A stretch of DNA of 35,470 bases from an uncultured virus (IMG/VR IMGVR_UViG_3300046536_000804) (lineage: Duplodnaviria > Heunggongvirae > Uroviricota > Caudoviricetes): the IMG/VR virus record IMGVR_UViG_3300046536_000804, one strand, 5' to 3'. Positions 27,826 to 34,269 of this stretch are shown one piece after another. The position numbers were made by a program, and so were the translations under genes. Position 1 is the first letter of the stretch; the number at the start of each line of letters is the position of its first letter. The notes beneath the pieces were generated by a model. That model was not told the DNA's origin and searched no databases. It saw only the letters and a program-made list of their open reading frames with translations.

Positions 27826-30648
27826 TTAGCTGCCCAGCAACCTACCGAACCGAGATCGCTGGCCTTCGATGTCGATGCCCGATGCGGCCGCTCCGGCACG
27901 TTGAAACATCGACGGTTGGTATTCCTGGACCTGTTTGAGGAACGCACGTCGGCGCTCTGGGGTGAGCTGACTGATCACCGGCTTGATCTCCTGATCGGAG
28001 GCTCGGATCAGCGCCTGGATGTTGGGATGGCCTGATGTATCTACAAACCGGTTGGCGGTTCTCTCGACCGGTCCTTTCGGTCTTAACGCATTCTGAATGG
28101 CTGGCATGATCCGGCCAGGTTGACCACCGGATAGACCGTAGGCCGCGGTGCCCAGACCGCCGACGCCAACGCCGAGATTGAGAGCGGTCGAGCTCTCCGG
28201 CCGGGTCTGATTGAGTGCGGCCAGCAGGGCTGCAGTGCCTCCACCGATCGCCATCGCTTTGTGCTTGGGCTCCAGGCCGTGCCAGTGGTTGGTGAAGTCG
28301 TCCAGGACGCCGGACATCTTGACAGCCGCACCAGCCCAATGCTTGAGTTTATTCAGTGTTGAGGGCTGCTCGTAGCTCGTCGGGCCGAACACGCGTTTCT
28401 GTGTGAGGCTGCCACCGCCGTAACCAAGACCTGCACCCAGGACGGCGCCGCCTAACTCGGCAACAGGACGAGCATGTAAGCCTAGGTTCTTTCGTAGATA
28501 AGACAGTCGTCCAACATCGTGAAATGCTCGGCCTGTACGACCACCGAGGAAAGCTCCACCACCGGCAATCACGCCCTTGTAAAGGCCACGCAAAGCACCT
28601 TCACGAGCTCCACGCTTTGGGTTTTCCGTGTCGTTCTGCTTGCCACCAGCCGCATTGGCCAAAGTGCTCAGGCCAGCCATGTAGGCCGCATCGCCTGGCC
28701 CGGTCACGTTGGCTATGTAATTGCGGCTGGCTGTTGGGTCGTAATATCGCTCACCCGGGATGACTTTGACCTTCGGACTGACATGCCGAGGATGGTGCAC
28801 CATCGCCTTGCTAGGAGCCTTGGCAACCTTCCCGAACAACCGCTCCCGCCACGTGGGCTCTGGCTTCTTCGTCAGAGCGTTGGCAGCCATCATTCCTCCA
28901 ACGCCCAGACCAGCACCGCCAAGGCCTGCCATCGCAAAGCCTGGGGCTCGCGACAGCATCGAGACCGGTTGGGCGATCGGGATCGCTGACTGTGGCTTCG
29001 GCGATACCGCGGTATCGGCAAGTCCCGGCATGGTTGCCTGAGCTGGACCGCCACGTCCGGCCAGCATCGTTTGCTGACCCGGCAGGGCTGCAGTCGGGTA
29101 ATCAAGCTCGAATGGGCTCGGAGACGGCGGCCGCACCTTACTCTTGGGCATCATCAGTGTCTCTGCCTCGGCCGGCGGAGGCGAGAACGGCTTGCTCTTG
29201 AGAATCGGGCTCTTGGCCTTCATCGGCCTCTTGGGCGCCGTGGCCGCACCTTTCACCTTGCCAAGCAACGGTTCGATGTGGAAGGCCTGATGCTCGAAGC
29301 TCTGCGGTTGCGGGGGTTGCTCGCCACCGTACAGTCCACCGCCCGGCAGGGCCATCGGCAACACCATGCTGGCGCCGGTTAAGCCGCCAAGCACGCCGAG
29401 CTGACCGCCCATGCCACCGCTGCTCCAGAACGGGGTAGGTTGGCCGTGGATGGCGTTGTGATGCACGAAGGCCTCACCCACGTTCTTGTTGGGCGTGGCG
29501 TTGATGGCGTCCATTGCCTGGGTACGACCACCAAAACGACCGAGAGCTGCAGAAGCATCAGCTCGGGCGGTTCCTGGCACCCTGTTCATGATGTGCTGTA
29601 CGTCCATGCCAGCCCGCCTCGCTTGATTGGCAGCCTGCTGAGCAACCTGTTGAGCGGGGCGTTGCATGGCCGTGCCGGCCTCGGCAACGGCACCGCTCAC
29701 GCGTCCACCGAACAACGAGGGCACCTTGCTGGCAATACCGGTCAAGGCCTTGCCACCCCAGTTGAGTAATGGCCGAACGATCGGCGCCTTGGCAAGGGCC
29801 GGCAGTATCCTCGTAGCGGCTGCAATGGTCGGGCCGACCCAGGCTTCTTTGGCGATGCTCGCGTCCGCTCGTTTTAGCCCGAGGGAAGGCTTAGTGAGGA
29901 GTCCTTCGGGAAGGATGAAGGATGCGGTGACTTCTTTGCCGACCTGCAGGCCGACGTGACCACCGAGGCCTCCGAGCAGCCCACCACCCAACAGGGCTGC
30001 GTTCTGATGCATCACTTTATCTCCGTGACCCAGCGGCATGTCAAGGTGACCACCCTTGCTGAGCTTCTTCACACCTTTATGGCCACCGACGGCACCGATA
30101 CCAAGGCCCAGGCCAGCCAAGGCGCCACGAGTAGCACCGCCTCGTTCACCGCGGTAACGACCAACAGCCTCACCGATCAGGCCGCCACCGATCGTGGTAG
30201 CGGCCGGGATCGCAAGCATGCCGGCACCGGCGGTCTTCGTTGCTGATTGCCGTTCCGCATCTTTGACCCGATGGGAAGGGTTTATGCGACCGACATGGGC
30301 TGCCTCTTTGACCCGAGGAGCAAGGTTTTCCTCCTCTACGCTGGCAGCATCATTAACCCGATGAGCAGGGTTCGCGTTATCGATCTCTGCTGCCTCTTTG
30401 ACCTGAGGAGCAAGGTTGACCTGAGTCGCTTTGGACGAACAGGCTGCATCATTCACCCGATGAGCAGGGTTTGCCGCGCATCTCAAGGCCGCTTCTTTGA
30501 CCCGAAGGGCAGGGTCGGCACCCACGAACTCGTCGGCCAGCTCGGGGAATAGAGCACAGGCGGATTTGACCGCCTGCGTGAGCTGAGCTGCCGACAGATT
30601 GCGTTCTTCGCAGCGAGCCAGGAACGCAGTGACCATTGGTGTGTTCAT
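27826..30648 (-). CDS. large Gly-zipper/low-complexity protein (possible virion-internal polyprotein)
   Basis: open frame >900 aa; probable start MNTPMV; Gly-zipper hydrophobic segments; contains 7 pseudoknot elements. Confidence 0.7.
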   Translation of the reverse strand: MNTPMVTAFLARCEERNLSAAQLTQAVKSACALFPELADEFVGADPALRVKEAALRCAANPAHRVNDAACSSKATQVNLAPQVKEAAEIDNANPAHRVNDAASVEEENLAPRVKEAAHVGRINPSHRVKDAERQSATKTAGAGMLAIPAATTIGGGLIGEAVGRYRGERGGATRGALAGLGLGIGAVGGHKGVKKLSKGGHLDMPLGHGDKVMHQNAALLGGGLLGGLGGHVGLQVGKEVTASFILPEGLLTKPSLGLKRADASIAKEAWVGPTIAAATRILPALAKAPIVRPLLNWGGKALTGIASKVPSLFGGRVSGAVAEAGTAMQRPAQQVAQQAANQARRAGMDVQHIMNRVPGTARADASAALGRFGGRTQAMDAINATPNKNVGEAFVHHNAIHGQPTPFWSSGGMGGQLGVLGGLTGASMVLPMALPGGGLYGGEQPPQPQSFEHQAFHIEPLLGKVKGAATAPKRPMKAKSPILKSKPFSPPPAEAETLMMPKSKVRPPSPSPFELDYPTAALPGQQTMLAGRGGPAQATMPGLADTAVSPKPQSAIPIAQPVSMLSRAPGFAMAGLGGAGLGVGGMMAANALTKKPEPTWRERLFGKVAKAPSKAMVHHPRHVSPKVKVIPGERYYDPTASRNYIANVTGPGDAAYMAGLSTLANAAGGKQNDTENPKRGAREGALRGLYKGVIAGGGAFLGGRTGRAFHDVGRLSYLRKNLGLHARPVAELGGAVLGAGLGYGGGSLTQKRVFGPTSYEQPSTLNKLKHWAGAAVKMSGVLDDFTNHWHGLEPKHKAMAIGGGTAALLAALNQTRPESSTALNLGVGVGGLGTAAYGLSGGQPGRIMPAIQNALRPKGPVERTANRFVDTSGHPNIQALIRASDQEIKPVISQLTPERRRAFLKQVQEYQPSMFQRAGAAASGIDIEGQRSRFGRLLGS
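30254..30517 (-). repeat. in-frame array of 6 pseudoknot elements (period 45,45,45,54,45)
   Basis: cores at 30266, 30311, 30356, 30401, 30455, 30500; translate as NP.HRV(K/N)(D/E)A-type repeats. Confidence 0.9.
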
Positions 30649-30664
30649 AGAAGTGTCCCATGTA

Positions 30665-30867
30665 CCTTCGTCATTCACCCGACGAGGAGGGTTAAGGTGG
30701 CAATCATTTTTCTGTGATCTTTGACCCGATCCAGAGGGTTCACATAGAAAAATGTACTGCAAGATGCGTTACATCACGATCCCCGGCGTGGTAGTAGGCA
30801 GAGCTTGCAGCACTTGGTTTGCGGATGGTCAGCACCGGCCTCGTCATTCACCCGACGGGCAGGGTTG
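30665..30867 (-). repeat. 3 pseudoknot elements upstream of the large ORF
   Basis: cores at 30677, 30724, 30850. Confidence 0.85.
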
Positions 30868-30899
30868 GTTCGCCAAGGGTATCATCCCGCCTTGAGGCA

Positions 30900-31055
30900 T
30901 CACAACATTGGCGGTCTGTCACGCCAGGTTTCGACCTTCAACATCTTCTCGATTTCTTCGCGAACATATTGAATTCGCTTGTCAGCCTTTGCCTGGTCTG
31001 CGACAGGAAGGCGATCTCTTTCTTCAATCAGTAAGTCAATGTAAAATTCGGCCAT
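30900..31055 (-). CDS. 51-aa hypothetical protein (not in ORF track)
   Basis: AGGAGG SD; MAEFYIDLLIEERDRLPVADQAKADKRIQYVREEIEKMLKVETWRDRPPML. Confidence 0.55.
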   Translation of the reverse strand: MAEFYIDLLIEERDRLPVADQAKADKRIQYVREEIEKMLKVETWRDRPPML

Positions 31056-31070
31056 ACTTCCTCCTGTGCA

Positions 31071-31197
31071 CCTACGTCTTTCGCCCGACGAGGAGGGTTG
31101 TAGTTACGTCTCGCCATCACGGTCCTCATCTTTAACCCGATGGGCAGGGTTAGACGATGCCATGGCTTCTTCGTCTTTAACCCGACGAGAAGGGTCA
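31071..31197 (-). repeat. array of 3 pseudoknot elements
   Basis: cores at 31083, 31135, 31180. Confidence 0.88.
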
Positions 31198-31224
31198 TGC
31201 ACAGCTTACGGCACGCAATTAAGC

Positions 31225-31500
31225 CTAATTCGCGTCGCTTCGATCAATCGTCGGTAATAAAGGCTTGCCGGTCTCTTTGAGGATGGTTTCAGCGTGCTCT
31301 CTCATGAGATCCCTCCAGGCACTAACGATTCTCTTTTGGGCATCACCAACCATGAAAAGAACGCCAATTGTAAACGGTTGGTCATTCACCGTTATGATAG
31401 CTTCGTAGCACAACTTAGCTCGATCAATGTTGATGTGAAAGCCAACATTGAAGCAGTCGTCGTTCGGGACCGACTCGGGTGTACCCGATTCTGCAGCCAT
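31225..31500 (-). CDS. hypothetical protein, 'LGT...W' paralog family (distant copy)
   Basis: start MAAESG with AAGGAG SD; YEAII...IGVL...AWRDLMREH. Confidence 0.6.
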   Translation of the reverse strand: MAAESGTPESVPNDDCFNVGFHINIDRAKLCYEAIITVNDQPFTIGVLFMVGDAQKRIVSAWRDLMREHAETILKETGKPLLPTIDRSDAN

Positions 31501-31523
31501 ACTTCTCCTTGTTTTTAGCCACC

Positions 31524-33485
31524 TCACCCCGCCGGGGCTGGTGGCGGTGTCGGGCTCGGCATTACCCCAGGATTGGGTGCCGGATTGGTTGCCCCTGCAT
31601 TCGTCGGCGGTGCTGGCGACCAAGGCGTTGCACCACCGGCGCCGCTACCGAAGATCGGCGATACGTTGGTCGGAGACGGTGCCGGGCTGCCCCCTGGAGC
31701 ACCACCAGGCTGGACACCGAACATCTGACCCATAGCCTGAGTCCGCATCCGAGCTTCCGCGATGTTCTGTTGCCGACGCAGTTGACGATCTTCCTCGTTC
31801 TCCGCAGCGTACCTCGGCAGTTGGGCCTCGAGCTGTTGCTCGCGTTGACTGCCGATACCTGTGCGCTGCGCCATTTGACGTTGCTGGCCAGCCCACTGGT
31901 GATACGCAGTCGCGTCGCGGTTGTAACGGTCGCGGGCCATGCGATATTGACGCCACTGGTCAGAGGTATTCCACCCAAGACCGAACACACCACCCTCGCC
32001 AGAACCTAGCTGGCGATCACCGAAGCTGATCGGGGTGCTTTGCCCGGTTCGTGGATCCAGAACACTGTCAGTTGCACCACCTTCTCTTGAGGTGTTGTTG
32101 GCCAGTTGCTGAAGCTCGTGGAACCGTCGTTCGAGGTCAGGTGCGGACACCGGAGCCCCGATGCCCGACGTAATAGCGTTCTGCCGCTGCTCGGATCGCT
32201 CCCGTAGTTGATTGAGTTCCTGACGCGTGCGGTCTTCGTCCGATCGAGCTTCGGTGCCGAACACCGGGCTGACACCAGACAATGGCGACATGCCGCCACC
32301 GAAACCGTAGCGAGCGCCAGGGAACATCCCCATGCCGCCCATCATGCTCGGGTGCATGCCGGGGTACATTCCCATGCCGATACCAGGGTATCCACCACGA
32401 CCGACGTACGGATTGCCACGCGGGGATGACCGAGGCATGACGCCACCGCCACCACTCGACGGATCGTGCTGCCGAAGCATCTGCAGGGCGCGACTGGTAG
32501 TAGTGTCCAGGCTGTTGCGCCGGGCGGCAATCTGCGCCGGGCTGCCGCCAGAGCCTTCGATACGAGCAACTTCTTGGTCGTAGCGGGCACGCAGTTGGTC
32601 CTCGGTCATTGGCATCTGGGACATGCCGCCACCCATGCCACCCATGTGCTGAGCCGGGAACTGCATCGGAGGGTAGCCCATGCCGCCCATGCCGTATTGG
32701 GCCAGGTGCGGCGCCATGAGCATGCCAGGGCCTCCATAGTTGCCCATTGCTCGGGCGTAGGGGTTGGCCTGCTTCTCTGCTACCGGATTGGTTCGGATCG
32801 TGGTGGTTTTGTGCATCTTCTTGATGCGATCCAGGAGCGTTGGCTGCTTGTTCTCGAGATCGAGTGAAGTCGGCATCACGCCCATCGCAGACGACTGCTT
32901 CATCGCCAGCGGGGCGCCCATCGCCGCCGGTGGCCTCGAAGAGGCTTTGGCGGACAGCGGCTTCTGCGGCTGGTTGTTCGTGGTGACCAATGGCTTGGCC
33001 GGCGGTGCCAGGTTGGCTGGCATCGGGTTCGGACCAACCGTTGGGGATGCAGATGCTGGGGGAGTGGGCTGAGCCGTGTTGGGAGCCTGAGTCGGCATCA
33101 CGCCGTCGAAGGCGAGCTTGTGGCTGCGGTGAAGCCAGGTGCGATTGCGTGCAATGCGATCGTCCTCTTCTTCTTTCCAGGACGGCTGTCCCATCAGCTT
33201 CTTGGTGCCTTTGAAACCTGCATAACCACCGACGCCAACCCCACCGAGAGTCGCCAGGAGGGTCAGAATCTTCGCCTTGTCGGACGCTGGGTTCATACCA
33301 AGGGCGCCGAGGCCAGCCTGGGCACCCATGTGACCGGCAACCCAGCCGCCGATCATACCCAGGTCGGTGCCAAGACCGGCAGCCAAACCACGACCGGCAC
33401 CTTCCATACGATGACCTGAAGGCGCCCGAGCGGCGCCAATGATCGGACCGGCAATGGTGCCAAGATCTGCTTGTTTGATCGTCAT
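31524..33485 (-). CDS. large Gly-zipper plus G/M/P/Q low-complexity protein
   Basis: start MTIKQAD with AGGAG SD; N-terminal Gly-zipper helices. Confidence 0.75.
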   Translation of the reverse strand: MTIKQADLGTIAGPIIGAARAPSGHRMEGAGRGLAAGLGTDLGMIGGWVAGHMGAQAGLGALGMNPASDKAKILTLLATLGGVGVGGYAGFKGTKKLMGQPSWKEEEDDRIARNRTWLHRSHKLAFDGVMPTQAPNTAQPTPPASASPTVGPNPMPANLAPPAKPLVTTNNQPQKPLSAKASSRPPAAMGAPLAMKQSSAMGVMPTSLDLENKQPTLLDRIKKMHKTTTIRTNPVAEKQANPYARAMGNYGGPGMLMAPHLAQYGMGGMGYPPMQFPAQHMGGMGGGMSQMPMTEDQLRARYDQEVARIEGSGGSPAQIAARRNSLDTTTSRALQMLRQHDPSSGGGGVMPRSSPRGNPYVGRGGYPGIGMGMYPGMHPSMMGGMGMFPGARYGFGGGMSPLSGVSPVFGTEARSDEDRTRQELNQLRERSEQRQNAITSGIGAPVSAPDLERRFHELQQLANNTSREGGATDSVLDPRTGQSTPISFGDRQLGSGEGGVFGLGWNTSDQWRQYRMARDRYNRDATAYHQWAGQQRQMAQRTGIGSQREQQLEAQLPRYAAENEEDRQLRRQQNIAEARMRTQAMGQMFGVQPGGAPGGSPAPSPTNVSPIFGSGAGGATPWSPAPPTNAGATNPAPNPGVMPSPTPPPAPAG

Positions 33486-33513
33486 TTCGTTCTCCTGGGG
33501 GATGATGATCCAG

Positions 33514-33741
33514 TCGTCCTGTATAAGCCCAGGCGAAGGCATTGCTTAATTGTATCGATCCAGCGTGTCGTCGCACCGTTTGAGCCCGGTGGAGGGCATT
33601 GAGTCTGTCACCTTCTCGTCGCACTGTATAAGCCCAGGCGAAGGCTCGGTGAATCGTCGTGCTGTCTCATCGTTTGAGCCCGATGGAAGGCTTTGGCGAA
33701 TCGTTGCTCTGTCGTCCTGTATCAGCCCAGGCGAAGGCTTA
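33514..33741 (-). repeat. array of 5 pseudoknot elements (AGCC/GGC type; period 57,48,46,47)
   Basis: cores at 33526, 33583, 33631, 33677, 33724. Confidence 0.9.
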
Positions 33742-34179
33742 GGCATTACCCGTGTGGCAGACGCTGAAGATCTCGCCACCCAGAATGTCGATCGTCTGAC
33801 CCGGCGAGAGGCTACCGTCCATGTTGGTCGTCTTGTTCCGCCACACGATCGTAGGCTCGCCCTTCATCTCGGCAGCCACCACGACCTCGTTGTAGTTGGT
33901 GCTGCCATTCATCATCTCGACCTGCTTACCGTTGATCGTGACCATCACCGAAGTTCGCGGCATCCTGGTCATGAAGTAATCGGATGCTTCAACGTGCCAG
34001 GGGCACGCTTCGTAGTAGATCGGCTGGGCTGGAGTGTCGAACTCCTGCTCGAACGGCTTCTTGAGAACGAACACCTGACTGCCCCACATGCACACCTCGG
34101 GCATCAGTCGGAACGGCAACATGATGAACTCGTGGACGAGTTGGCCATCACGGGTCAGTAGTTTGGCGTTGGGTTGCAT
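33739..34179 (-). CDS. protein with C-terminal multi-ubiquitin-like (beta-grasp) domain
   Basis: V.VTINGK......NYNEVV.AA...T.V.W.....GSL.PGQT..I..G.IF.V..TGNA-stop, resembling bacterial Multi_ubiq domains. Confidence 0.6.
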   Translation of the reverse strand: MQPNAKLLTRDGQLVHEFIMLPFRLMPEVCMWGSQVFVLKKPFEQEFDTPAQPIYYEACPWHVEASDYFMTRMPRTSVMVTINGKQVEMMNGSTNYNEVVVAAEMKGEPTIVWRNKTTNMDGSLSPGQTIDILGGEIFSVCHTGNA

Positions 34180-34194
34180 GGTGTCTCCCCCTGG

Positions 34195-34269
34195 TTGTCC
34201 TGTTTAAGCCCAGGCAAAGGCTCGGTAGAACTACTTTGGCTGCACTGTATTAGCCCAGGCAGAGGCTTA
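34195..34269 (-). repeat. pair of pseudoknot elements (period 45)
   Basis: cores at 34207 and 34252. Confidence 0.88.

Noticed and set aside
30254..31197. TIGR-like array or C/D-box motifs (TGATG-like strings)
   Set aside because: GATG/GACG varies with its S2 pairing partner, there is no consistent box D, and no Nop-domain gene was recognised
26011..33741. CRISPR arrays
   Set aside because: Repeats are not sequence-identical, linkers are mostly only ~16-18 nt, units also occur singly and in frame, and no cas genes are visible
32137..33779. Minus-strand ORFs 32137..33624 and 33546..33779 (PSPGLIQ repeats)
   Set aside because: One is an alternative frame overlapping 31524..33485; the other is a translation of the non-coding pseudoknot array
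12935..34269. Element as a dsDNA operator, recombinase site (4-8-4 palindrome) or promoter for the local sigma factor
   Set aside because: This does not explain loop-tail covariation, compensatory S1 changes or strand-specific G-U pairs, and there is no conserved -10 box at a fixed distance
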